DNA of 63,249 nt, filler included, from Octopus bimaculoides (GCF_001194135.2; 5 parts of 5 records of this genome joined end to end with filler, not necessarily neighbours in it); one strand, 5' to 3'. Positions 51,710 to 63,249 are shown, counted from the first letter of the whole stretch. A program made the numbers and translations. The notes: generated by a model not told the origin, from the letters alone.

Positions 51710-52714
51710 GTCTGTCTGTCTGTCTATCTGTCTATCTATCTATCTATCTATATATGTATATATATAACTCCCTATACAATTATGTACATGCTGAAAATAA
51801 AATACGAGAATTAGTGAATATAAATGTAAAAGAATGTATATGACCGAGTGCATTCAAGAGGATACACGCCATTCTAGCTAATGACCTAGGAATTAGAATT
51901 GGGAAAAGAGCCAAAATTTCACTCAAAACTTCACAGAGATATATTATGTATTTTTTTTTGTATGTATGAATTCATGAAATTACTTGAGCATAAAACAAAT
52001 TTGATTGGCTATTAAATTCAAATCAAGCAAAAATATATTGACACAACTATTAACTCTTATGCGATAATTTCCAGCTGACATTTACTATATTTCGAACAAT
52101 TTCATCATTTTATTTTGTATATCTGTGAGGTAATTTTCTCCGCCATATACACATGCATACAATACAAACACACACACCTATACACACGCACACACAATTA
52201 AAAAAAAACATACGCATACTTATACATCTTATATACATATAGATATATGCATGTATGTATTCATATACGTATGCACGTATGTGAAATATTATTTGCTAAC
52301 TGTCTCTACTTCTTTCCGCCTTTCTGTCTACATAACTCATGACCACCATTCCATAACTCTGCCACCATTTCATCGTACATCTATATCTTCCATCCGCCTG
52401 TGTACACGTGTCTTCCATTCATGGATAAAATCTGAAAGATATTACTTTTATACACAAACATACATATATTTATTCTCTCTCTGTTTATTTCCTCGTGTTC
52501 CTTCCTGCTGAAGAGCGTAAGCACGTAATATAAAAGACTTTGTCACCTTCCCGAGCGTCAAAGTAATACACTTGCTTGCTGTTTGTACACTTGTCTTCGT
52601 CATTTGTTTGTCTATAAATTTTAAGTAAACATACATTTATATACATACATCTACATCCAAGTCCGTCACACCATACGAATTACTTTACGACATCGCACTC
52701 TGTTAACACATAAT

Positions 52715-52925
52715 CCCTTCTACTATAGGGAAGAGGCCTGGAAATTTCGGGGAGGGGACGGGTCGATTACATGGACGCCAGTACTAAACTGACACTTAGT
52801 TTTATCGACCCCGAATGGATGAAAAGCAAAGTCGGCCTCGGCGGAATTTGAACTTAGAACGTCTTTACGACGGACAAAATGCCACTAAGTATTTGGCCCA
52901 GTGTGCTAAAGAGCCTGCCAGCTCT
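52715..52925 (-). mobile_element. Meta-like SINE, short-tail subfamily
   Basis: TTTATCGACCCCGAATGGATGAAAAGCAAAGTCGGCCTCGGCGGAATTTGAAC. Confidence 0.85.
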
Positions 52926-52994
52926 TATGTTCAAACACAAATAAACACACAGGCATGCGCGTGCACACACTAACAGCACACGCACACAAACGCA

Positions 52995-53150
52995 TACTGA
53001 AATATATACACACGACGGTTTCTTTCAGTTTCCATCTACCAAATCCATTCACAAGATTTTCGTCGCCCCGGCAATAACGGATGACACTTTCCTGTTGTGG
53101 CATGCAGTGGAACTGAACCTAGAACTCTTTGTTTGAGAAGCAAATTTCCT
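52995..53150 (-). mobile_element. tRNA-SINE (CORE-like family)
   Basis: GACGGTTTCTTTCAGTTTCCATCTACCAAATCC...GCAGTGGAACTGAACC. Confidence 0.75.
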
Positions 53151-54496
53151 TCCCAAGACTTTCCAACGTGTATTTACGAAATATCCATGTATATATTTTC
53201 AAAATAATCTCGTATGACACTGTTGTGTTTCATATTGACTTGGATAAATACATTCTGTAATTTTCCTTTCAAAAGAGATATGATTACGATTGAAAATGTG
53301 TATGTGAGTTATGAGGTGATACGTCTTTGCAAAGTGAATACATAACATTTTCAATTCATTATGACAGATATAATTCATTGATTATCGTCCTCATCGATCA
53401 AACCTGACCACGACTTGAGTTAAACATTGACAACAGCATTGTTATTCCATAGCTATAAACAATTTCAATATTGATTTCTTTGAACTAACTCCAAAGTATT
53501 TTTTACGGAAAAATTAATTATTGTGAACTTATAACTGGTACTTAATGAGACAAGGAGGGAGGTCCTTCGTAGCCACAACATTTCCTATAAATAGAACCCA
53601 ATTTCCTCATTTCCACCCAATTATATCTCAATCTAAAAAAAAGAAAGAAAAACTCTTCTGGCACATTAGCGAAGATATAATTGTAAGCAAGACAGAGTAA
53701 GTTGAAATTTCTTTTGTCGTAAATATACACAACCATGATTGACTAGAGCACTCTGCAGCAAATACAGCACAACATTATTAACGCCAACAGCCGCTAGTGG
53801 TACTTAATGCAGTTATAGAACGAAAAGAATTACAAAGATATCACTTGCGGGATTTAACTCAGAACGATATAAGATATTGACCGCTTTATCTATTGACAAA
53901 TGTTCACAATGGCGAAAATATCTTCTTTTGTTAGAAGTGTTTCTTGACCCTATCTTCAATAAGTGCATTTTACTGTTTATTCCATCGCCTCTGGAGAAAT
54001 TAAAGTTATGGTACTTGTTTAGAGGGAAAGAATTAAAAAATGTCAAGGATGTTTAAATTCTTTAAGTTGCCGAAGGCACGTTTAATATTTAGAATTTAAT
54101 GTAACTAAAGTTAGGTGGTATACTTTCAAAAAGTAATCAATATTATTTTAAGAGTGATATTTACATGCTTTCTGATACTAATTATGTGAAACAATTCAAG
54201 ACGTGTTTAATAATATTACAGGCTTCATGATATTCAGTAAAAATAACTTGCAGATGTTAAAGCTATGAAATATCGTGCTAAAAGTGCATAATAATATTTT
54301 TATAGAGAAAGAAATATTATTGGATTGTTGGATCCACTTAATGCATTGCGTCAATAAAAATGCAAAAACGCTTCGAGAAGTTTTGTTGCTCATATTTAAG
54401 GCCGATACATTTCTAATCCATTTCTGTTTACCCAAACACTAAAGGACCTATTGATCTGATGCGAAACAACATAGCGCCATTTATATCCGTACGGGT

Positions 54497-54543
<47 letters not shown>

Positions 54544-54948
54544 AACACACACGCACATATATACAAACTCACACACATTTGTAAACATCCTTTCTGTCCT
54601 CAAATCGAGACGGGATTATAGGTATTTCGTAAAATCTTGGTTATTGTTTGGCGGAGTTCAAACTTCTCCAATCTGAAGAGCTAATAATAACTGAGTGTTT
54701 CATAGAAAACAAGTGAGTGAGAGAAGGAGAGAGAGGGAGAGAGAGAAAGAAAGAAAGAGAGATATCAAGAGAGAGAGAGAGAGAGAGAGAGAAAGTGAGA
54801 TATCACAGGAGAGAGAAAAAGAGAGAGATCGAGAGAGAAGATACTGGTACTTAATATCACTTCATTGACGACTGTACTTGTATGTATGTATGTATGTGTG
54901 TATGTATGCATGTATGTATGTGTGTGTGTATGCATGTAAGTATATATA

Positions 54949-55071
54949 CAGGGTGTCCACAAAGTCTGGGTACATGGGGATTAACACATTAAGAAATTAT
55001 TATTTCTTATATTTAATTGTTTATGTTATGATTTTATTTACTCTATGTAACCAGACCTTGTGGACACCCTG
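54949..55071. mobile_element. 123-bp Tc1/mariner-type MITE
   Basis: 27-bp TIRs: CAGGGTGTCCACAAAGTCTGGGTACAT versus rc CAGGGTGTCCACAAGGTCTGGTTACAT (2 mismatches). TA on the left, AA on the right, AT-rich spacer. Confidence 0.9.
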
Positions 55072-56658
55072 AATATCTGTTCATACAGGCCACAGTTATT
55101 TATTTTGATGGATATTTTTAAGCTTTAACCTTCTCAAAGTCAGTTCTGTACTGTCGCCCCCAAAGTATATGTTTCTGTGCTACTGCCCTCAAAGCTAGAA
55201 TGTGGTTGTCACTGAACTTTATTTCTAATATTCCCTAAAAACTGAAATAAATCTCCAACAACAAAAATGCTACGCGTTTGAAATATGTCAAAATTTGTAA
55301 AAGTGTTCGTCACTNNNNNNNNNNNNNNNNNNNNNNNNNNNNNNNNNNNNNNNNNNNNNNNNNNNNNNNNNNNNNNNNNNNNNNNNNNNNNNNNNNNNNN
55401 NNNNNNNNNNNNNNNNNNNNNNNNNNNNNNNNNNNNNNNNNNNNNNNNNNNNNNNNNNNNNNNNNNNNNNNNNNNNNNNNNNNNNNNNNNNNNNNNNNNN
55501 NNNNNNNNNNNNNNNNNNNNNNNNNNNNNNNNNNNNNNNNNNNNNNNNNNNNNNNNNNNNNNNNNNNNNNNNNNNNNNNNNNNNNNNNNNNNNNNNNNNN
55601 NNNNNNNNNNNNNNNNNNNNNNNNNNNNNNNNNNNNNNNNNNNNNNNNNNNNNNNNNNNNNNNNNNNNNNNNNNNNNNNNNNNNNNNNNNNNNNNNNNNN
55701 NNNNNNNNNNNNNNNNNNNNNNNNNNNNNNNNNNNNNNNNNNNNNNNNNNNNNNNNNNNNNNNNNNNNNNNNNNNNNNNNNNNNNNNNNNNNNNNNNNNN
55801 NNNNNNNNNNNNNNNNNNNNNNNNNNNNNNNNNNNNNNNNNNNNNNNNNNNNNNNNNNNNNNNNNNNNNNNNNNNNNNNNNNNNNNNNNNNNNNNNNNNN
55901 NNNNNNNNNNNNNNNNNNNNNNNNNNNNNNNNNNNNNNNNNNNNNNNNNNNNNNNNNNNNNNNNNNNNNNNNNNNNNNNNNNNNNNNNNNNNNNNNNNNN
56001 ATATATATATATATATACATATATATACAAGTATACATATACATATATACAAACGCACACATGCACACATATTGCTTTCTTTCCGTGATGTCTGTAGCTT
56101 AAACCTTCTATACTACGTTATCTTTTTTCAGATATGTTCTGCTTTTCCTATATTGTATATAGTTCGTAATATGCAGTGCTTTTATTTTATCGATTTCTTT
56201 CCTTCTATTTTGGGTTTCATTTTCTCTCTGCCGTAACAAGCACTTTCCAACAAAAGCAAACGCATCATTTGGGCAATAAACTTTAATAGACGCTTTATTA
56301 AAACACAGATAAAGAAAATTGTTTACTATGAAAGATACAATCAGGCGAATTCACGAGATTTAGCTACACTTTGAATTATCAGAATTCATTTATATTATGG
56401 AATCGCACTGAAACTATTGCATTTATAAATAACGGATGGAATATTTTTTACATATGGAAACAAAACAAGATAATGTGTAACGTAGCTCTATTCTGGCGTT
56501 TAATAACTTGATCAAAGCACTCGATATTGTTCAAACTCACTATTTTATCAATATAAAAGAGCCGTTACATAAACAAGACTCACAGTTAACATTGTCTCAT
56601 AACATGCCTTATTATTCATTTTAATTAACAGCAGTAACATCTATCTACCTTATCTATA

Positions 56659-56692
<34 letters not shown>

Positions 56693-56694
<2 letters not shown>

Positions 56695-56840
56695 CCTGGC
56701 CTGGCAGTGCTATCGAGAAGCACTACCCGTTCGGGATAAGCTCTACAGGCATGGCTCGAGAAACACGGGGCCGACCTGTCCGAGATGCCGGCAGAGCGAC
56801 GAAACCGTTCTGCACGCACTCGTACAGTGTCCCACCATTT
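56693..56840 (+). mobile_element. Tx1/L1-clade LINE ORF2 C-terminal fragment (zinc knuckle), cut by gap
   Basis: Uninterrupted frame SLAWQCYREALPVRDKLYRHGSRNTGPTCPRCRQSDETVLHALVQCPTI, containing C-x2-C-x8-H-x4-C. Much higher GC than the flanks. Confidence 0.85.
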
Positions 56841-56940
56841 NNNNNNNNNNNNNNNNNNNNNNNNNNNNNNNNNNNNNNNNNNNNTTAATTAATTAANNNN
56901 NNNNNNNNNNNNNNNNNNNNNNNNNNNNNNNNNNNNNNNN

Positions 56941-56985
56941 GGCTGGTAAGCAAGCTACTTACCACACAGCCACTCCTGCGCCTAT
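56941..56985 (-). mobile_element. tRNA-like 5' head of a CORE-like SINE
   Basis: Minus: TAGGCGCAGGAGTGGCTGTGTGGTAAGTAGCTTGCTTACCAGCC. Confidence 0.7.
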
Positions 56986-57601
56986 AAATATATTCAACAG
57001 GACCGGAAATACGTAATATGACAATATAAATGTTTTAATCACAAAAGGTTCTATAATAAATCTATTTGTATATTATCATTATCAAATGTATTTTAAATGC
57101 TTATAATCATTTAAGTAAAGTAAAAATAATATGATTTTAAATCTATAACTTTAAATGGACTACAAATGTACTACTATAGTTTTATACTTCAGATAAACAC
57201 GTTATAATATTTTAAAATATTAATCTAATATTAGACAATGAAATTCTATCGAATATATAATATAATTCTAAATTTATTTAGTAATACACTGAATATTCAT
57301 ATTAATATCTTAATTTAAACTTACCAATTAGTCGGTTCCAGTAACAAATTTTCTTTAAAATTCAATTACATCAAAAGATGTGGATCCCGTTAGAAAGATG
57401 CATAAAAATCACAAGGAAATCTGTGTTCACGTCATCATATATAACTTCAAAGTTTTACCATAATATTATTACGTATCTATTAATTTATTAAATTTCTTAT
57501 CAAGTGATTTGTTTAGTAATTTCTATTTCTTAATTAATTAACAATCTATTAAGTAACATGTATATGGATTCAAATATATATAGAGAAAGACCCACCTATG
57601 A

Positions 57602-57632
<31 letters not shown>

Positions 57633-58649
57633 NNNNNNNNNNNNNNNNNNNNNNNNNNNNNNNNNNNNNNNNNNNNNNNNNNNNNNNNNNNNNNNNNNNN
57701 NNNNNNNNNNNNNNNNNNNNNNNNNNNNNNNNNNNNNNNNNNNNNNNNNNNNNNNNNNNNNNNNNNNNNNNNNNNNNNNNNNNNNNNNNNNNNNNNNNNN
57801 NNNNNNNNNNNNNNNNNNNNNNNNNNNNNNNNNNNNNNNNNNNNNNNNNNNNNNNNNNNNNNNNNNNNNNNNNNNNNNNNNNNNNNNNNNNNNNNNNNNN
57901 NNNNNNNNNNNNNNNNNNNNNNNNNNNNNNNNNNNNNNNNNNNNNNNNNNNNNNNNNNNNNNNNNNNNNNNNNNNNNNNNNNNNNNNNNNNNNNNNNNNN
58001 NNNNNNNNNNNNNNNNNNNNNNNNNNNNNNNNNNNNNNNNNNNNNNNNNNNNNNNNNNNNNNNNNNNNNNNNNNNNNNNNNNNNNNNNNNNNNNNNNNNN
58101 NNNNNNNNNNNNNNNNNNNNNNNNNNNNNNNNNNNNNNNNNNNNNNNNNNNNNNNNNNNNNNNNNNNNNNNNNNNNNNNNNNNNNNNNNNNNNNNNNNNN
58201 NNNNNNNNNNNNNNNNNNNNNNNNNNNNNNNNNNNNNNNNNNNNNNNNNNNNNNNNNNNNNNNNNNNNNNNNNNNNNNNNNNNNNNNNNNNNNNNNNNNN
58301 NNNNNNNNNNNNNNNNNNNNNNNNNNNNNNNNNNNNNNNNNNNNNNNNNNNNNATATATATATATATATATATATAAACATACACACACACCTGGATACT
58401 TCCTCATATGAAATCATAAAAATATATATACAAAAGAAGCCTATAACAATAAATAGTAAATAAGTATTTATATATTTAGTACTCCTTCCAATTAAAATCT
58501 ATTCATTATTTAATTAAAATAATTATAGCTAATATGAATAACTATAGCCAATACAAAATTATATTGTAATACAATTTACATTATCCTACTCACAATGAAC
58601 TTTTGATTTAACATATTCATACTAATCAATTTTCTAAGTTATCCATTCT

Positions 58650-58860
58650 CCTGTAGGCACAAGTCCTGAGATTTGGGGTGAAAGGATAAGTATATAACAT
58701 CAAATTTAGTACTCCATTGGCACTTAATCTATCGACCCCTAAAGCATGAAATGCAAAAGTCGACCTCTGCGGAATTTGAACTCAGAACATAATTGCAGAC
58801 AAAATAACACGAAACAAATTACCCGATGCACTAACAACCCCGCAATTCCGTCGCCACTAA
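58650..58860 (-). mobile_element. Degenerate Meta-like SINE
   Basis: ATCGACCCCTAAAGCATGAAATGCAAAAGTCGACCTCTGCGGAATTTGAACTCAGAAC. Confidence 0.85.
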
Positions 58861-58896
58861 ATGATAATACACATACATATAGATATAGATATATAC

Positions 58897-58928
<32 letters not shown>

Positions 58929-59189
58929 GATCACACACACACACACACACNNNNNNNNNNNNNNNNNNNNNNNNNNNNNNNNNNNNNNNNNNNNTTAATT
59001 AATTAANNNNNNNNNNNNNNNNNNNNNNNNNNNNNNNNNNNNNNNNNNNNCTGTCTCTCTCTCTGTCTCTCTCTGTCTCTCTCTCTCTGTCTCTCTCTCT
59101 TTCTCTCTCTCTCTCTCTGTCTCTCTGTCTCTCTCTCTGTCTCTCTCTCTTTCTCTCTCTCTGTCTCTCTGTCTCTCTGTCTCTCTCTG

Positions 59190-59264
<75 letters not shown>

Positions 59265-59349
59265 ATGTGTATATTTTATGGACGTGTGTGTATATACATC
59301 CATACAAAAAATACATACACACACACATACATACATACACACATAAATA

Positions 59350-61364
59350 CTCTGGTTCACAAGGAAACAGAAATACCAAAATTACACACTGCTTCTTTGT
59401 GGATGACTTAAAACTTTATGCAAAGAATATGCGTGAGATGAAAAAGAGCCTTGACCTAGTTACAGCATTCTCAAAGGATGTAGGAGTGGAGTTTGGTCAG
59501 AATAAATGTTGTTATATGGTTGTGAAAAGGGGGGAAACTATAAACCAGACTAGTAACATCTCCGTCAATCATTTGACTGTTTCCCCTGTATCTGACGAGG
59601 AATATTACAGGTACCTAGGGGTGGATGAAAACATATCTTACAATGGCACCTGTAACAAAACACGTGTCACTAAAGAATATTACAACCGAGTAAAGAAACT
59701 TTGGACCTCAGAACTCTCTGCATTCAATAAAACAGCGGCCCTCAATGTGTTTGCAGTGCCAGTACCCATACCAACATCTGGGCTACTTGACTGAACGTTT
59801 GATGAGATCCGAGTCATTGATGTGAAAACCCGAAAAATACACATAATTTCCACACAAACAGTAACGCAGACCGCCACTATAGGAAACGAAAACAAGGTAG
59901 CAGAGGCTTAACATCGATCCAAAATGCCTTTGAATGTCGCATCATATCCCTTTGGCAACATCTTTTAACCACCAAGTGTCGAAGTGCATCCCTTAACCAA
60001 GTTTGCGTAGATGAGGCTGATAGCATCATAAGACTTGGAAGGTAGCTCCTTGAGCAACATTCCTTGTCTTATTTCTTTACTGCCCACAAGGGGCTACACA
60101 CAGAGGGGACAAACAAGGACAGACAAACGGATTAAGTCGATTATATCGACCCGAGTGCGTAACTGGTACTTATTTAATCGACCCCGAAAGGCTGAAAGGC
60201 AAAGTCGACTTCGGCGGAATTTGAACTCAGAACGTAGCGGCAGACGAAATACCGCTAAGCATTTCGCCCAGCGTGCTAACGGTTCTGCTAGCTCGCCACC
60301 TTATATCCTTGTCTGATAACCTAGAATACATGCCCAAAGAAGTTGCACGACTCTACCGCAACGTATCATCAGATGAAAGGATGAGCCTATATGAGCAGAA
60401 GACTATGCATGGATATGTTAGTAGAAAACTCCGTGATGATAGTAACACCGATCACCAAAGCAGTTTATCATGGACCAATAGCCGGATTACTACCTCTCAC
60501 TTTGAAAGGTGTGCGTTCGCAATCCAAGAACAGGAAATATCAACCAAGTACCTGATGCAACAAAAGGGCTAGAGCTGCAGGTAAAGTCGTAAAATGTGAC
60601 AACCGATGCAGACTTTGTGGAGTTGACACCAAAGATATCACCCACATCATAAGCAGTTGTCTGAAAATGTCATCACTGTATTGGACATGATATTGTAGCT
60701 GTGATACTCTATAATGGAATCCGTCGGAAGGATAACACCGAGGACAAAGAAATAAGAACCCACAATATGGTAGAAGCCATAGCCATTCATAATAAAAAGG
60801 AGTGTTGGTGTAATGTCCAAGTTAAGACCTCAATAAAATGTAAGCACAACAGACCTGATGTAATGATCTGGTATAGAGAAGGGAAACTGTGCACAGTTGT
60901 GGAAATTAGCTGCCCAGCGGATGTTAGCATAAAGTTGAAGATCAGTGAAAAAAAGAACACATACGCTGAACTATTGAGAAATCTGTAGTTACTCTATCCA
61001 GATTACAAGTTTAGGTTTACACCTGTAATTATTGGGGCCCTGCCTAAATACCAGCCTTGAAAAACCAGATAGGAGAAAGCTAATTCGAAGATTACAGATC
61101 CATTCCGCCACTGGAATTGTAAAAATCTATAAAACTTCCCGGAAGTTTATCCAATATATATGAACATGTCTAGATATGCAACGATATGCATGAAAACACA
61201 TACATAAGGCAAAACATACAAATCTGCACTTATGCATGCATACATATATACAGACAAAAATACTCTGTTGTTGATGTTGAAATTCCAATGAAGGAGCCTT
61301 GAATCTAAGTTAGAAACCGGCTCTTTCTCTATTAGCAAGAATTCTTGAAATAAACTGAATAATG

Positions 61365-61365
<1 letters not shown>
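59350..61365 (+). mobile_element. 5'-truncated, decayed R4/Dong-clade non-LTR retrotransposon (RT 3' half, CCHC finger, restriction-like endonuclease, 3'UTR)
   Basis: THCFFVDDLKLYAK, GVEFGQNKC, YRYLGVDE, CRLCGVDTKDITHIISSC (CCHC), KHNRPDVMIW..CTVVEISCP (PD..E RLE) and VIIGAL. Stops and frameshifts present; interrupted by a SINE. Confidence 0.92.
60070..60300 (-). mobile_element. Young full-length Meta-like SINE (long tail) inserted in the R4-like ORF with a 9-bp TSD
   Basis: TCCTTGTCT at 60061-60069 and 60306-60314. Near-identical to 9678-9907. Confidence 0.93.
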
Positions 61366-61423
<58 letters not shown>

Positions 61424-61437
61424 CACACACACATACA

Positions 61438-62316
61438 CGAAGGGGTAGCCAAAAGAAACTGGAATTTTGAAATATTATTTTATCCACTTAGTTTTACATG
61501 TTTACACTTTTATCGTATTCACAGCGTTCTCCATTTGAAACAATGCATCGGTTCAGACGCGTTCTACATTGTTGGAAGCAGTGCTGGAACTCTTGCGAAG
61601 TGATACCTTTTGACGCCTTCGTTGTTTTTTTCTTCATCTCTTCCACATCTGCAAATTCCATAGCATCAGCTTTCGTCACCAGTGATGACCTTCGAAAAAA
61701 GCTCTGGATCAACTCCAACTGTTCTTTTAGTTCACGACATGCATTCGTCGTAACTGCTTTGGATATTCCGTGAGCATGTGAGACACAAATTTTGCTGCAG
61801 CTCTTTTCCTCGTTCAGAATTCGTTAGTAGGAGTTCCAGGACACACCAATCATATCAATAAGCTCGTCAATTGTTCGGTAACAGTCCTCAAAGATCAGTT
61901 CATGAATTTTCGTGATGTTTTCATTCGTTCGGGTGGTTGACGGTCGCCCTGAACAAGATTAGTCTTTGACCATTCCTAAAGCGTGAGAACCACTCATAAG
62001 CTTGTGTTTTGCCCATGGCAGCGTCCTTGTAAGCTGCTTGAAGCATGACAACTGTTTCGTCCGCCGTTTTCCCCAGCAGAAAACAGAATATCACGGAAGG
62101 TCACTGTTCCTTCGTTTCAACCATCGCAAAAATCGACGAACAGGGGAGAAGCACTGCAAATCAAAAACGCACCACATGGCAGCATTACCCCACAGCACAA
62201 TGCTGGTCGGTAGACTGATACCTGAGGGTCGCATCAAGTGGTACCTAACGGCAGAAGCCTGAACTACAACGGGCTTGTCCCACACCGAACATTTCCGGTT
62301 ACTTTTAGGCACTCTC

Positions 62317-62319
<3 letters not shown>
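61438..62319 (-). mobile_element. Internally deleted mariner transposon with degenerate TIRs
   Basis: Minus: MVETKEQ..FCFLLGKTADETVVMLQAAYKDAAMGKTQAYEWFSRF..GRPSTTRT (HTH region) and C-terminal EFADVEEMKKKTT..FQHCFQQCRTRLNRCIVSNGE. Ends CGAAGGGGTAGCCAAAAGAAACTGGAA and rc CAAGAGAGTGCCTAAAAGTAACCGGAA. Confidence 0.92.
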
Positions 62320-62408
<89 letters not shown>

Positions 62409-62420
62409 GTACAGGTTTCT

Positions 62421-62558
62421 CTGAATCTCCTTAGAACTATGTTAAGGTTAAGCGTTTTTGTGGAATGCTCAGCCATTTTGCACATTAATTTCACGAGCAG
62501 GCTGTTCCGTTGATCGGATCGACTGGTACGCACATCGTCGTAACCGATGGAGCGCCAG
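62421..62558 (+). mobile_element. 3' half of a Ceph-type SINE
   Basis: TTAATTTCACGAGCAGGCTGTTCCGTTGATCGGATCGACTGG..GTCGTAACCGATGGAGCGCC. Confidence 0.88.
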
Positions 62559-62640
62559 TTTTGTGTGTGTGTATGTGCGCGCGTGTGCGTGTGTGTGTGT
62601 GTGTATCTGTCTGTCTGTGTGTCTGTGTGTATGCTGGGCA

Positions 62641-63040
62641 TCTTGGCGCGATTGAGGACTTCAGTGTTGGTGATTCGGTTGGTTCACTTGATACCCAAGA
62701 TGTGACTCAGGCTACGAAGTTGGAAGACGTTGAGACGCCGCTCCTGTCTGGTGTAGAGGTTGCATGTCTCGCTGCCATTAAGAAGTATGCTGAGGAGAAC
62801 AGTCTTTGTGTTTGTGGTCAGTTTTCCTGTTCAGCCAGACTTTCTTCGTCAGCCTGGCAAATGCGGAGAATGCTCATCCACTTCTGATCTCAGGGTCCAA
62901 GAAGAGGTTATCAGTAATAGCAGAGCGGTGCTAGTTGAATTTATGGACTACCACCAGCTCGGAGATGTTGATGGTAATTGGTAGGTGGTGCTTGACACGT
63001 GGGCCCCGAACGTTGGTTTTCTTCAGATTTCCTCACGTGT
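62641..63040 (-). pseudogene. RTE-clade LINE reverse-transcriptase C-terminal fragment, decayed
   Basis: Minus: NLKKTNV..ELVVVHKF..AFARLTKKVWLNRKLTTNTK..LLNGSETCNLYTRQERRLNVFQLRSLSHILGIK*TNRITNTEVLNRAK. Confidence 0.9.
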
Positions 63041-63249
63041 GCTATAACTCGAATCCAAACACCTTATATTCGCGATAAGTGATGGTATTGTGGTGTTATG
63101 GTTACCATACTTATCGTGAATATAACATATGTGGGTTCAATCTCATGCGTACGAAAAACACTTTATTCCGCCGAGGGCTTATATGTCCCAATGTTAGACT
63201 ATTTCCTTTAGTCAATACACGGTGATTGCTTATATATATATATATATAT

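Noticed and set aside
52500-52545. Hammerhead-like CTGAAGAGCGTAAGCACGTAA in a probable Penelope-derived end
   Set aside because: The GAAA core is replaced by GTAA and stem II is broken, so it is at best a dead relic.
123-60300. tRNA-like sequences at SINE heads as tRNA genes
   Set aside because: Each continues into a SINE body; no complete cloverleaf or independent terminator is seen.
221-63200. Most ORFs in the supplied track ([20 protein letters not shown], poly-X)
   Set aside because: They are translations of microsatellites or N-runs, with no domain-like content.

Overview
AT-rich, microsatellite-dense, heavily gapped eukaryotic (animal) genomic DNA from a short-read assembly. The SINE families and repeat landscape look cephalopod (Octopus-like); this is recognition from memory, not a database result. 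I found no host protein-coding gene I can support. Almost all listed ORFs are artefacts of microsatellites or N-runs. All recognisable coding sequence is decayed transposon: a Ty3/Gypsy pol with PPT and 3' LTR (5.4-7.56 kb), a CR1/L2-type RT fragment (30.1-30.6 kb), an internally deleted Helitron Pif1 helicase (37.0-37.6 kb), a Tx1/L1 zinc-knuckle fragment (56.7 kb), an R4/Dong-clade RLE LINE (59.35-61.37 kb, plus a 3' stub at 22.55-22.8 kb), an internally deleted mariner (61.4-62.3 kb) and an RTE RT fragment (62.6-63.0 kb). Dozens of tRNA-derived SINE copies from 3-5 families, a Tc1/mariner MITE and a Helentron-type non-autonomous element are also present. The most interesting observations are a candidate minimal type I hammerhead ribozyme (22938-22991, minus), apparent (CATA/CA)n targeting by the R4-like LINE, two identical copies of a long perfect palindrome, a head-to-tail stack of four SINEs, and a cryptic ~290-bp tandem array. 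Technical artefacts include an Illumina adapter, four N44-TTAATTAATTAA-N44 scaffold spacers and gap-flanking duplications. There is no CRISPR, rRNA or bona fide tRNA gene, and no convincing new multi-gene system.
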